A DNA stretch of 64,000 nucleotides, taken from contig CAZKCV010000003.1 in the NCBI GenBank assembly GCA_964551605.1, positions 15,474 to 79,473 on the forward strand, given 5' to 3'. Positions 19,204 to 28,779 of the stretch are shown piece by piece. Made by a program: the position numbers and the translations under genes. The first letter of the stretch is position 1. Every line of letters begins with the position of its first letter. This DNA comes from an uncultured Gammaproteobacteria bacterium (lineage in GTDB: Bacteria; Patescibacteriota; Microgenomatia; Daviesbacterales; UBA10151). A model generated the notes under the pieces. The model was not told where the DNA came from, searched no databases, and saw only the letters and a program-made list of their open reading frames with translations.

Positions 19204-19794
19204 TTAACGATGGACGTTTTCCAGAGGAAAATGCTTTTGCAGTGATTCTGACCATTTCTCCATCAGTGATTTATATGGCTTTTCATGAAATGGCAAAAAG
19301 CGGGCTACTATTTTTTTAATCTTCTCATCATCTTCTTTGCCTAAAACCAACATCAACTGAGTAGGAAATCTAAGCCGTGTCTGAACATGTAAAACCTTTA
19401 AATTATCTTTTTCTTTAAACCAGAATGAATCCAAAAAATGCCAGAAATAAAAATCCTCACCTATTGTAATCCCCTGGGTAGAAATATGGTAAGTAATATT
19501 GTGCGGCGGCACAAAAGCCAGGACATAAGTCACGAAAGCAAAAGAAAGTATCACTCCAATCAGTAAAAACTCCTGGGCTAAGAAAGCAATTAGAACTAAA
19601 AGTAAAGCAATTATGGCAATGGTGGTGTAGTAGGAACGGTCTTTTTTCTTAAAAGGCCGGGCCGGCGCTTCCCAAGACAGTAGAGTTTTAAGCTCCTCTG
19701 CTTCACTCATTTTGGGGGTGAAAAATTCCGGTCCGGTAGCTTTTTCTGAATGTTTTTCTTTAGGTGCTTCTTCTCTAGGATTATCCTTGGGCAT
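19204..19794 (-). CDS. Conserved-looking 2-TM membrane protein (DUF5673-like)
   Basis: LLSWEAPARPFKK, two TMs, YHISTQGITIG; start ATG 19794. Confidence 0.65.
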   Translation of the reverse strand: MPKDNPREEAPKEKHSEKATGPEFFTPKMSEAEELKTLLSWEAPARPFKKKDRSYYTTIAIIALLLVLIAFLAQEFLLIGVILSFAFVTYVLAFVPPHNITYHISTQGITIGEDFYFWHFLDSFWFKEKDNLKVLHVQTRLRFPTQLMLVLGKEDDEKIKKIVARFLPFHEKPYKSLMEKWSESLQKHFPLENVHR

Positions 19795-19804
19795 TTGATT
19801 TAAA

Positions 19805-20581
19805 TTATATATCAAAAAAAAATTTAGTAACAGTTGCTCTATCAAATTCTGTTTTCCAGCTATCATAAGAAGATATATCTTTAATGAAACTTCTTTTCAG
19901 TAACTTAGGATTACTAAAACCAATCCTTTCTCGATATATGTCTATGCTTTCATGATTACTTAAATAAAGCGATCTCTTCATTGTAAGCGTAGGCTTTAAA
20001 CCTAAATTGAGTAAGTTATCTTTTACAAATCTCATAAGTATCATATTTGCATTCCTGAAATTTAATTGTTTGTAAACACGAATCCCCTTTCTACTGTTAT
20101 AAAGCTTAAATGATATTGACCCCTCTGTGTCGAATAACCCACGAACGCATGCTCTACTATATTCTTCTCTCTTCAATATCCAATTTGGCACTACTTTTGC
20201 GTTGGATATAATCCCCATGCTTTTAAGAAAATTTACCGCGATTTTGGAATTTATTCTAATATCTACAGCATTTTCTCTTTTTCTTTTGATTACAGAAAAA
20301 GTGGCTCCAGGAAATAAGTTTCTTGCTAAATTTTCCACATATGATAAATAATCTCGATCCGCGATAAAGTTTAGTGTAATACCTACCTGATAACCAGAAG
20401 CATAGCCATCTCCAAGACAAATACCAATAAATTCTGCTAAAAGTTTACCTTTACGAGGCAGTGTTACTTTATTAAGGCCATTCCTATTATAACCACTTGA
20501 ACATGATAAAGAACAAAATTTACGAATACTTTCTCTTTTCCGATACTCATTCTTACAATGTTTGCAAACACCAAGCATCAT
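19805..20581 (-). CDS. Free-standing two-motif LAGLIDADG endonuclease with N-terminal Zn finger
   Basis: CKHC...FCSLSC; LAEFIGICLGDG and CVRGLFDTEGS motifs. Confidence 0.85.
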   Translation of the reverse strand: MMLGVCKHCKNEYRKRESIRKFCSLSCSSGYNRNGLNKVTLPRKGKLLAEFIGICLGDGYASGYQVGITLNFIADRDYLSYVENLARNLFPGATFSVIKRKRENAVDIRINSKIAVNFLKSMGIISNAKVVPNWILKREEYSRACVRGLFDTEGSISFKLYNSRKGIRVYKQLNFRNANMILMRFVKDNLLNLGLKPTLTMKRSLYLSNHESIDIYRERIGFSNPKLLKRSFIKDISSYDSWKTEFDRATVTKFFFDI

Positions 20582-20666
20582 ATTTTTACACTAAACCACT
20601 CTGCATATATCATCCCATCAAGCTTCTAGCTTATCAAGTATCAATTTGCTACAATTAGCTTCTGAG

Positions 20667-20754
20667 GGTGGGGTGCTTGGAGTGGTTTATCAGGTTGGTC
20701 TTGAAAACCAATGATCGAGCAATCGGTCCGTGAGTTCGAATCTCACCCCCACCG
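20667..20754 (+). tRNA. tRNA-Ser(TGA)
   Basis: TTGGT-CTTGAAA-ACCAA anticodon arm, long variable arm. Confidence 0.93.
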
Positions 20755-20777
20755 CCCTAGGTTAATAACCTATAGTA

Positions 20778-20864
20778 GGAGAGGTCGCATAGAGGCCGAG
20801 TGCCGCGCAGTGCTAATGCGCTATACCCGTAAGGGTATCGTGGGTTCGAATCCCACCCTCTCCG
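20778..20864 (+). tRNA. tRNA-Ser(GCT)
   Basis: GCGCA-GTGCTAA-TGCGC anticodon arm, long variable arm. Confidence 0.93.
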
Positions 20865-20885
20865 CAGATAGGCTACAATAAAAAT

Positions 20886-21181
20886 ATGGCTAAAAAATTT
20901 AAAATATTTAATATTTCCCAAGTACCGTTTGAAGATATCCATGACACGCCAAACTAACAAAAGGCGCCTTAAAACCAGGACAAAAATGGAACTGGCATAA
21001 ACATGATCAATACGATGAACTTGGAATTGTTTTAAAAGGAAAAGGTAAATTTTATTGGGTGGATGAAATTGCAAATTATAAAGAGGAAGATGTAATTATC
21101 ATTCCAGCCGACACTAACCATAAATTTGAGGCCGAAGGCGATATAAACAGTGAATTTTACTTTGTCCGCATCAAAGTTTAG
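20886..21181 (+). pseudogene. Cupin domain gene broken by a frameshift/deletion near 20952
   Basis: MAKKFKIFNISQVPFEDIHDTPN* then, in the -1 frame, LKPGQKWNWHKHDQYDE...IIPADTNHKF...FVRIKV*. Confidence 0.75.
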
Positions 21182-21184
21182 TTT

Positions 21185-21883
21185 TTATCTAGCTAACGTA
21201 ATTGCCCAGACTTTTTTGACTCCATTTCTTTTCAAAACATAAGCGCATTCCCGGAGCGTTGAACCGGTAGTCCAGACATCATCTATGAGCAGCGTATAGG
21301 GTTTAGGGTGTAGGGTATAGTTAGGAGAAATCTCAAAAGCGTCCCGGATATTTTGGTGGCGGTCATAACCTTTTATTTTTACTTGAGGCTTAGTGTAGCG
21401 AACTCGTTTTAAACCTTCACAGTAATCTAAACCTAACTTTTTGGATAAAGTTTGTCCAATCAAAGAAGACTGGTTAAAACCTCTGTCATTACTCCTCCAC
21501 CAATGTAGCGGTACCGGAATTACCACCCATCCTTCCCCTTTACTCTTTTTAATTTGCTCTAAAACAAACGGCTGATATTTACCCCAATATTCCACCAATA
21601 TATCCACCAAGGTTTCTGCCAAACCGCTGACTCTACCATACTTCAGCTGTTTTATAGCTTCTCTTAATGAACCCTGGTATATGCCTAAACTCCACAGGCC
21701 GTCTAAGCCGTATCTTCTTTTGCAAATCGGGTGGGTTTGGCCTCCAACAGCTAACTGTTCACACTTAGGGCACACCAAATCCGTTTGCAAAATATTGGAA
21801 ATACAATCCGTGCAGTAATAAGTATCTAACTTTTTACAGCCAACACACCTTTTTGGAAAAAGCAGATCTAAAATTAGATTCAT
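21185..21883 (-). CDS. comF: ComF family protein (double Zn ribbon + PRT)
   Basis: LDLLFPKRCVGC, RGFNQS, LLIDDVWTTGST; start ATG 21883. Confidence 0.92.
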   Translation of the reverse strand: MNLILDLLFPKRCVGCKKLDTYYCTDCISNILQTDLVCPKCEQLAVGGQTHPICKRRYGLDGLWSLGIYQGSLREAIKQLKYGRVSGLAETLVDILVEYWGKYQPFVLEQIKKSKGEGWVVIPVPLHWWRSNDRGFNQSSLIGQTLSKKLGLDYCEGLKRVRYTKPQVKIKGYDRHQNIRDAFEISPNYTLHPKPYTLLIDDVWTTGSTLRECAYVLKRNGVKKVWAITLAR

Positions 21884-21924
21884 ATAATTGATTTTAAGCC
21901 TATTTTGTGGTAATATACAAACCT

Positions 21925-22332
21925 GGGGATGTATTGTCTCGACAGAATTGCTCTTTGAAAACTGCAAGCCGAATAGGAAACATTATTCGTTAAATATTGT
22001 TTCAAAACACAAACGGCAATAAAATTGTCGGATCCCTCAAGGGTCAAATTCAAAGCCTTATGGCTTTGAACGGCCAAGGCAGCTTTGCTGCTTTAGCAGC
22101 CTAACAGGGTACTTTAGAAATTGTTCTCTTTCTGACGGAATACTAAAGTACGTACAAAGTCAGGATGCTGTTAATCAGGTGTTGGTTGATCCGTATTAAC
22201 AAAAGACAACTCAATCATTCATTAGTTTTCCTGCTAATTGGTTACAACTAATGAACAAAAATTAATTAGCTAAGCTTGTAGAAGATTTTAAAGTCACAAT
22301 TTTGGACGGGGGTGCAAAGCCCCCCATCTCCA
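21925..22332 (+). ncRNA. ssrA: tmRNA
   Basis: GGGGATG/CATCTCC acceptor stem with G3-U wobble, discriminator A, internal tag ORF 22015-22104 ending ALAA*, smpB nearby. Confidence 0.93.
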
Positions 22333-22371
22333 CCCATTGACTATAACTCCACAGTAATATACGCTGAAGGT

Positions 22372-22839
22372 GTGAGAAAAAAGTGTCTTAAGTGTTATAG
22401 AATATTTGCTCCATCCAGTAGACACATACTATGTCCATCTTGTAGAGGACAAATATACAAAAAGCCATGTCCTAACTGCGGAAAGCTTATCCAACCAAAA
22501 TCATTTCTTTGTGGCAAATGCGACGGTATGAACCGAAGAAAAGCGGACGGTGATCTTTACACTGATAAGAAAGGTTATATTCTTGTTTTTTCTAGAAATC
22601 ATCCAAGGGCATCAAATCGTTATGTTTTTGAACATATTTTAGTGATGGAGAAAAAGTTAGGAAGATATGTATTACCCAATGAAAATATTCATCATAAAAA
22701 TGGTGTTAAGGATGATAATCGCATTGAAAATTTGGAATTATGGGTCAGACCGCAACCAACAGGGGTAAGAGCAAAAGATGCCATAGTTTGGGCAAAGGAA
22801 ATATTAAAAACTTACGGGAATGACGAAAATCAGTATTAG
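22372..22839 (+). CDS. HNH endonuclease with N-terminal Cys-rich Zn ribbons
   Basis: Four CxxC pairs; YVFEHILVME...IHHKNGVKDDNRIENLELW; GTG start. Confidence 0.88.
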   Translation: MRKKCLKCYRIFAPSSRHILCPSCRGQIYKKPCPNCGKLIQPKSFLCGKCDGMNRRKADGDLYTDKKGYILVFSRNHPRASNRYVFEHILVMEKKLGRYVLPNENIHHKNGVKDDNRIENLELWVRPQPTGVRAKDAIVWAKEILKTYGNDENQY

Positions 22840-22938
22840 TTGTGTCCAACAAGATTGTTTCGCTGATCGCTCACAATGACGAAAGAAGAGGATGATTCTC
22901 TACCGCAAAGTTCTTATTCCGCATGTTATAGTTAATTT

Positions 22939-23853
22939 ATGAGTGATATCGGTAAAGAAGGTCCGCGTATCCCCACTACTTCCTGGGAACAAATTAGGGC
23001 TATGCAATTAAGTACTCCCTATTCAGAAACGTTGAGGGCCTTTTTTGCAAGATCCAAAGAGTGGAGGGCTCAACCAAGACAACCAATTTCAGAAGAGGAG
23101 TTGAGAAATGCAATAAAACAACAAGTTATTAAGGCTAATGCTATGGTCCAAAATTACCATAACCCCGATTTAAAAATGATGAAATCCAGAAAAGTATTTG
23201 CTCAAGGTCTTGCTCGACCAGAGATTGGACAGCAAGTTCTAACCAGACTTTATTTTGGAATTGATTCCAGGCATTCAGCGGATGCTTTTAGTATATTGAT
23301 TGATGAATTCTCAAAGGCTGGATGTATGAGGGATATTGATATTGCCTTTAATGAAACAGCTATTGAGGAAGGTCGAACTACCTCCGATATGCTTGTAATC
23401 TATGAACCGCAGTCTCGCCCAGTTGTATTAAACAAAATCTTATCTGCTTACCGTTTAGCCAAAGAGCAACACCCAGATGTTTTCAATCTGACTCCCAGAC
23501 AGAGAGAGGCTGTGATGAGGCACGCCGTAATGCAATTTAAGGCTCCGATTGATGCAAACCTATCTTTTGTAGAAATGGATCCGGAAGATGCAGGGAAAAG
23601 CTGGGATACCGACGAAGTAAGAGAGATAAGAGCAGTTTCTGGTATAAATCATGTTCCTATTCCGAGCTTACCTAGACTAACTGACGAGGATTGGCTAAAA
23701 AAACAAGAGGCTGTAGAAAAAAGAGTTGTTTGGACTAAAAAGGCCGAAGAAGCCATAAAAAGCGGCAATGTAAAATCTGGAGATCAGTTAGAGTATAAAA
23801 GAAAATTATCCACCCCAGCTTTAGTTCAAAGAGGAACAATTACTGCAAAGTAG
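22939..23853 (+). CDS. Hypothetical protein
   Basis: 304-aa ORF with extended -10 directly upstream; no family recognised. Confidence 0.7.
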   Translation: MSDIGKEGPRIPTTSWEQIRAMQLSTPYSETLRAFFARSKEWRAQPRQPISEEELRNAIKQQVIKANAMVQNYHNPDLKMMKSRKVFAQGLARPEIGQQVLTRLYFGIDSRHSADAFSILIDEFSKAGCMRDIDIAFNETAIEEGRTTSDMLVIYEPQSRPVVLNKILSAYRLAKEQHPDVFNLTPRQREAVMRHAVMQFKAPIDANLSFVEMDPEDAGKSWDTDEVREIRAVSGINHVPIPSLPRLTDEDWLKKQEAVEKRVVWTKKAEEAIKSGNVKSGDQLEYKRKLSTPALVQRGTITAK

Positions 23854-23859
23854 AAAAAA

Positions 23860-24300
23860 TCATTCCCTCCCCCGTAGCTCTTGTTCCACTCTGCGCTGAT
23901 GATCTTTTGCTTTAATTAGCTTTCTCTTATCAAATTCTTTTTTACTCTTAGCCAGGCCTATTTCCAGCTTAAACCGGTTATTTTTCTCATAGATTGATAC
24001 CGGTACTAAGGTAGTCCCTTTTCCGGAGACTTTTCCAACCAGGGAGTTTATTTGATCTTTATGCAGTAATAACTTCCGGCTCTTCCCCGCATCATATTCT
24101 TTGTCTGCCGCCTGGTTATACCTGGGGATATTGGCATTGATTAAATAGGCCTCCCCATTTAGTACCCTGATATGACTCTCTCCCAAATCAATTCTGCCGG
24201 CCCGGATTGATTTAACCTCAGCACCTGACAGAACTATCCCGGCTTCCAGATGTTCCAGAATGTGATAATTATGGAGAGCTTTTTTGTTAATAATTCTCAT
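23860..24300 (-). CDS. smpB: SsrA-binding protein
   Basis: NKKALHNY, EAGIVLSGAEVKSIR, RKLLLHK. Confidence 0.96.
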   Translation of the reverse strand: MRIINKKALHNYHILEHLEAGIVLSGAEVKSIRAGRIDLGESHIRVLNGEAYLINANIPRYNQAADKEYDAGKSRKLLLHKDQINSLVGKVSGKGTTLVPVSIYEKNNRFKLEIGLAKSKKEFDKRKLIKAKDHQRRVEQELRGRE

Positions 24301-24380
24301 AGTCATCAGTCTTCAGCTATCAGCTTTCAGACTTTTTAATTATATCAGTCTGATGACTGACGACTGACAGCTGATGACTA
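24300..24380. repeat. 7-bp-periodic imperfect palindrome, same family as 13403-13480
   Basis: agtcatc agtcttc agctatc agctttc agac - loop - gtct gatgact gacgact gacagct gatgact a; fills the whole intergenic space. Confidence 0.85.
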
Positions 24381-26204
24381 TTTCAAGTCCACAGTATAGA
24401 TCTTGCTACCATCAAGCAGATAAACCTTCTTCCCTTTTTCATCCACCACCAAATCCGTGGCTGCAGCAAATTTAGCACCAGTGATCTGGCCTTTATAAGC
24501 GCCGGTTTTAGTTAAAATAAGTAGCCGGGAATTACCGGAATCCAGCAGGTATAAGTTCTCGGTATCGGATGAGACAAAGAAGCTTTTCGGATCTTTAACT
24601 CCTTTATCTAACCCGCTATAGGCAAAATTATCTTTATCTCCCCTGGTTAAGCGGGTTATCTCTCCGCCAGTTTTAAGCACATAAATGGAGGATTCAATCT
24701 GCATTCTTAAAGCATTACTAAAATCAGCTGTAGTACCACCTTTCGTCAAATACTCTCTTTTGTCGGAATAACCCTCAGAAGTAGCCACATATTTCCAGAT
24801 TTGATTAGTATCCAAAAGATAAACATTGCTGGCAAAGCCATACAGATCTTTAACCCCTTTTAGATCATCATCTTTTTTAGCTACAGTTGTTAACTTGGAA
24901 TTGGTAATATCCACCCTTAAAACACCTTTATCCTTGGAATAGATAAATGCTAACCCACCGTTTAAAGAAACCAAGTTAGCCTCACCCAACTGCTCAGAAC
25001 CGGCCAGGATTTGATTGCTCTTTTTGGCTAAATCTATTACCACCAGTGTTTTTACTCCCGGATCCAATAAAAGCAATTTTTCTCCTGATAAACTCATCCG
25101 GGTAGCCCGGAAATTCTTTTTTATTAAATCCAGATCTAAAAACAGCGGAAATTCGGAAACAGCTGATTCCTGCAAAATGGAAGCGGTTTCGCTCTCGAGT
25201 TGTGTTTTGAAATTTTGGGCTTCAATCTCTTTTGGCTTTAAGCTTAAAGCAGCATCAACCTTTTCTTTAGCCAGATCCAGTTTCTTCTTAGCTTCAGCCG
25301 GGTTTAAGCTGGCTAATCCTTTGGCCGCGTTAAAATTATCCCTGGCTTCCTGCAAACTGCTATTAAACTGTAAATCCCTTTCCCGGTCGCGGGTTGCTTT
25401 ATATTGGTATCCGACACCCAAAGCAATAATTATGATTAAAATAACGGCTGCTGCCAACTTTCCCCTACCGCTGGTGGGAAAACGCGACCTCAGCTTATCC
25501 AAAAGTTTTAATATACCGCTTATAATAGCCTTCAGGAGTAGGGATGGTTTACTTATCCTCTTTTCACTGGCCGGCTCCGTCACCTCTAAATCTTTATTTT
25601 CTGATGAAATAGGTGCAATTTCCACTCTTTCTTCCACTGCCTCAACCAACAAACCTGCTAAACCTTCATTTTCTAAATCCGAGGCTCCGATTTTACTTTC
25701 TACTTCTTCTTCAAAAATCTCCAGCGGTAAATTTAAGGATTTCTCCAGCTCCTCTCCCAAAAACGAGATTAAGCTGCCGGTGGAAAAAAGTACTCTGTCA
25801 CCATCCTGCAAAAACCCGGATATTATTTGGGACGGCGCACCGACTGATAAAAGCGCAGATAAAGTTTCTCCCCGCTTTAGATGCACTGCCACCGCTCCTT
25901 TGCCTATCAGATAGAGAGCCTTGCCGGAAACAGCCGCTAAACACAGATCAAAATCAGATCCTTCAGGAATTTTTTTCCCGGCCTCCTGGAAGGTGGCGTT
26001 TAATTTTTCTGCCGCCGTTCCTTCTGATTCAAAATAAAAATCTTCCAGTTCAGATAAAATTTGTCTGCCGGAGGTAAAAGCATCATCTGAAGTAAGTTCC
26101 AAAACCGCGAAGAATGAATTGTCGTCTTCCCGGACTGAAGAGACCACTTGAGCGGCTTTCTGATCAGTATTTAAGCCAATGACCTGAGCAATTTTAAGTT
26201 TCAT
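24378..26204 (-). CDS. Membrane protein: degenerate PP2C-like N-domain, TM, helical linker, beta-propeller
   Basis: SGFLQDGDRVLFST, central TM, repeated LYLLD propeller strands. Confidence 0.65.
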   Translation of the reverse strand: MKLKIAQVIGLNTDQKAAQVVSSVREDDNSFFAVLELTSDDAFTSGRQILSELEDFYFESEGTAAEKLNATFQEAGKKIPEGSDFDLCLAAVSGKALYLIGKGAVAVHLKRGETLSALLSVGAPSQIISGFLQDGDRVLFSTGSLISFLGEELEKSLNLPLEIFEEEVESKIGASDLENEGLAGLLVEAVEERVEIAPISSENKDLEVTEPASEKRISKPSLLLKAIISGILKLLDKLRSRFPTSGRGKLAAAVILIIIIALGVGYQYKATRDRERDLQFNSSLQEARDNFNAAKGLASLNPAEAKKKLDLAKEKVDAALSLKPKEIEAQNFKTQLESETASILQESAVSEFPLFLDLDLIKKNFRATRMSLSGEKLLLLDPGVKTLVVIDLAKKSNQILAGSEQLGEANLVSLNGGLAFIYSKDKGVLRVDITNSKLTTVAKKDDDLKGVKDLYGFASNVYLLDTNQIWKYVATSEGYSDKREYLTKGGTTADFSNALRMQIESSIYVLKTGGEITRLTRGDKDNFAYSGLDKGVKDPKSFFVSSDTENLYLLDSGNSRLLILTKTGAYKGQITGAKFAAATDLVVDEKGKKVYLLDGSKIYTVDLK

Positions 26205-26212
26205 AGGTTAAT

Positions 26213-26446
26213 TCAAAGAATCCCGAATGCTAATATGATTAATCCAATGGCAAAGCCGGCATGGACTATGGAAAAAGCCTTCAGGATAGGCGAGACTTTA
26301 GTAATTAAGGTTTTGCTCATCAAATCCACCTGTCTAATGACTATTAAGGCAAATATAGCGTAAAACACTAAAATTATCAAAATGGCAATCTTTAAAGCTA
26401 TTCTGATAACCTCAAATTCTAATAAATCAGGTGTGGTGTTAGGCAT
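26213..26446 (-). CDS. Small 2-TM protein (DUF5657-like)
   Basis: FYAIFALIVIRQVDLMSKTL; start ATG 26446. Confidence 0.6.
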   Translation of the reverse strand: MPNTTPDLLEFEVIRIALKIAILIILVFYAIFALIVIRQVDLMSKTLITKVSPILKAFSIVHAGFAIGLIILAFGIL

Positions 26447-26996
26447 CTTTTCTCCTTCCGTGAATTCGATGGGTTTCATCCAGGATAAAATCCGCTACAT
26501 GATGCGGTCTGGGCACAGAGTGAAAATCAATGTTTCTTGAAGCGCCGGCTGTTTGAATAAAGACATTACCGTAATGGAAGATAGAACTTAATAACCCACC
26601 CATAGAAGAAGCAGTATCTTCTATATTCCTTAAGGGCGCCACATCAATGTTTTTAAACATTAAAGAATGAAAATCCACATCAATTATATTTTTCTCAGTG
26701 ACAATGTAGACATTAAAATACCAATGCAGGAAACCCTCAAAGCTGATCAATAGAACCAGCAAATAGTTAATAATTAAAGAAATTGCAATAAAAGTGGCAG
26801 GTACTACTGCTAAGCTTAAATTAAATAAGGGCAAAGCAAGCGAAATAATAAAAGGGACCAAGAAAAGCAAAACAGCCAGACTGATCCAGCTTAGATTGGT
26901 AATAGGATGAGCCCGAAGCACCAGTAATATTTTTTCATCAGCATCCTGGCCTTCAAAACGGAAATCTGTCGGATGCTCTAAGTAGGCTGGGAACAT
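26439..26996 (-). CDS. Membrane protein with bacterial PH domain
   Basis: DEKILLVLRAHP, WYFNVYIVTEKNIIDVD, YGNVFIQTAG. Confidence 0.8.
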   Translation of the reverse strand: MFPAYLEHPTDFRFEGQDADEKILLVLRAHPITNLSWISLAVLLFLVPFIISLALPLFNLSLAVVPATFIAISLIINYLLVLLISFEGFLHWYFNVYIVTEKNIIDVDFHSLMFKNIDVAPLRNIEDTASSMGGLLSSIFHYGNVFIQTAGASRNIDFHSVPRPHHVADFILDETHRIHGRRKDA

Positions 26997-27012
26997 TAAG
27001 CTGAGTATAGCA

Positions 27013-27054
27013 TAAGTAACTTAAGTTACTTAGGTCACTTAGGTTACTTAGGTT
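27013..27054. repeat. 9-bp tandem repeat (TARGTNACT) x4.5, partly palindromic
   Basis: taagtaact taagttact taggtcact taggttact taggtt; 27014-27031 is a perfect palindrome. Confidence 0.8.
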
Positions 27055-28717
27055 CGATATTAAAGAAAGCAAAGCCGCTTTGGGGGATAGACATTCTGCC
27101 AGGTGCCCGCAAATTAAAGGCTTTCTTAAAATCAGCCCCGGATAAACTAACCCCCTCAATAGTCACCTGACTAGTATTGCCGTCACCTTGAATGACACTG
27201 ACAGAGATAGCTCCGGAAATCCCCCCGTATTTAGAAGCTACTGACCGCAGTTCATCCATACTGTAAGGATTCCCTCCCCAGCAGGAAGAAACCGGAGTCA
27301 CCCGGGAAGCCTCCTCGCTACTTCCTTTAATTAAAACTAAAGCAGCATTAACTATATCAGCCATTTCACTCCCATTAAGCCACGGATTACTCCTACCGCA
27401 TTTATCACTATTTACACTGTATCCTTGGGTATACCAGGCTTTATAAACCCAGGGGGAACCGCCGGCTTTTTCATAGGATTTATCAACAAAACTGGAGCCG
27501 CCGCCGCCGTCAGTAGTGTCCCAGCCCATCGATGGTATATAAACCCCATGGGTAGAAGCATAATAAGTCACCACGTCTTCAATGACCTGGCCGCGGGTGC
27601 TGTCTACTGCATCTTTCCAGGCCTGCGGCGGGCTGTCGGATTTGGATTTTGAATAGACCTGACAAGCTTCACTGGTACAAATGGCCTGGCCGTTTTGTTT
27701 ATACCGATAAGCATAAGTCCGGGCTGCCACAGCCTGGGCTTTTAATGCCTCCATATGCCAGCTGGAAGGCATCTCAGCAATGCCATATAAGTACTTTTCT
27801 TCAAAATTCATTGAACCATAACCTGAGACATTAATATCCCCACCGGTATCCTTACCCACCGGCTCTTTACCGTAATAGGCCCGTAAAATGGCTTTATAAT
27901 CCTGGCCAGACTGGGCCCGGCCCCGGGCTCCGTATTGGCTCATCCCTTTTCTGTGGGTATGGGCTCCGAAGGAAAAAACCGCAAAAGAACCCGAGGGAGC
28001 CGCTTCCCGGAAACCTTTAATAGAGGCATTATAATCATCTGCCAGCTCACTGTCCCCGATACTGGCGGTAAACTGGCCGGATCGGGCGGCTAAAATTTCC
28101 TGCTGCTTGGCGGAAAGTTCGGCAATTTTACCTGATAAATCAGATTGATAGGCTATAGCCTTTTTTATTTCTCCCCCCAAGAATGTCGCATTCTTATCTA
28201 CCTGCTCCTGAAAAGCAGCCAGTTTAATTTTATCTTTCTCCAGGCTTTCCTTATCTGTCAGAATACTCACTACTTCATTGCTGATACTTCTGATAATTTC
28301 CCGGTTTTGATTGATAGTTTTTAAGTGATAGAGTTTATCGGATAATCTGGATTGTCCCAGCAAAAAACCAATCGGATTATAGGAGTAAAGATTTTTATAA
28401 TCCTCTGCCACCCGTTCATTAAAGATAGCTGTCAGACCCACCAGGTTTTCTTCCCTGATATCAATTTCCTTTTGCTTTTTTTGGATATTCAAAGATAAAT
28501 TATTTAAGTTGGCCTGGATTTGAGCCAGTTGCAATTTCAAAGAGTTAAGCTGACCCTCTAAAGGCTTGGTGGCATTAACAGAAGATTCCCGGGCTTTATT
28601 TAATTCATTAATCTGATTTTGCAGATCCTCAATTTCATCTGCCCGGATAGGAGATGTAATGCCGGATAAAACCAGCAGAAAAAAGGTCAGTAGTAAAAGG
28701 AGGATTATCCTGGGCAT
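27044..28717 (-). CDS. Secreted coiled-coil + SpoIID/LytB domain cell wall hydrolase
   Basis: Signal peptide, long coiled coil, HRKGMSQYGA, YLYGIAEMPSSW..EALKAQAVAARTY, CTSEACQVY. Confidence 0.85.
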   Translation of the reverse strand: MPRIILLLLLTFFLLVLSGITSPIRADEIEDLQNQINELNKARESSVNATKPLEGQLNSLKLQLAQIQANLNNLSLNIQKKQKEIDIREENLVGLTAIFNERVAEDYKNLYSYNPIGFLLGQSRLSDKLYHLKTINQNREIIRSISNEVVSILTDKESLEKDKIKLAAFQEQVDKNATFLGGEIKKAIAYQSDLSGKIAELSAKQQEILAARSGQFTASIGDSELADDYNASIKGFREAAPSGSFAVFSFGAHTHRKGMSQYGARGRAQSGQDYKAILRAYYGKEPVGKDTGGDINVSGYGSMNFEEKYLYGIAEMPSSWHMEALKAQAVAARTYAYRYKQNGQAICTSEACQVYSKSKSDSPPQAWKDAVDSTRGQVIEDVVTYYASTHGVYIPSMGWDTTDGGGGSSFVDKSYEKAGGSPWVYKAWYTQGYSVNSDKCGRSNPWLNGSEMADIVNAALVLIKGSSEEASRVTPVSSCWGGNPYSMDELRSVASKYGGISGAISVSVIQGDGNTSQVTIEGVSLSGADFKKAFNLRAPGRMSIPQSGFAFFNIEPK

Positions 28718-28779
28718 GAGCAATTAATTTTAACATATCGGCTTGAGTTTTAAGTTGATCCCATGCTAAGCTTACCTTA

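Noticed and set aside
20757-22371. ORFs 20757..21074, 21880..22077 and the 5' extension of 22312..22839
   Set aside because: They overlap tRNA-Ser(GCT) or tmRNA
25015-25914. Long antisense ORFs (299 aa here; also 12915, 14790, 46375, 42218 and others)
   Set aside because: Shadow frames of well-supported genes on the opposite strand, Ser/Phe/Leu-rich with no motifs
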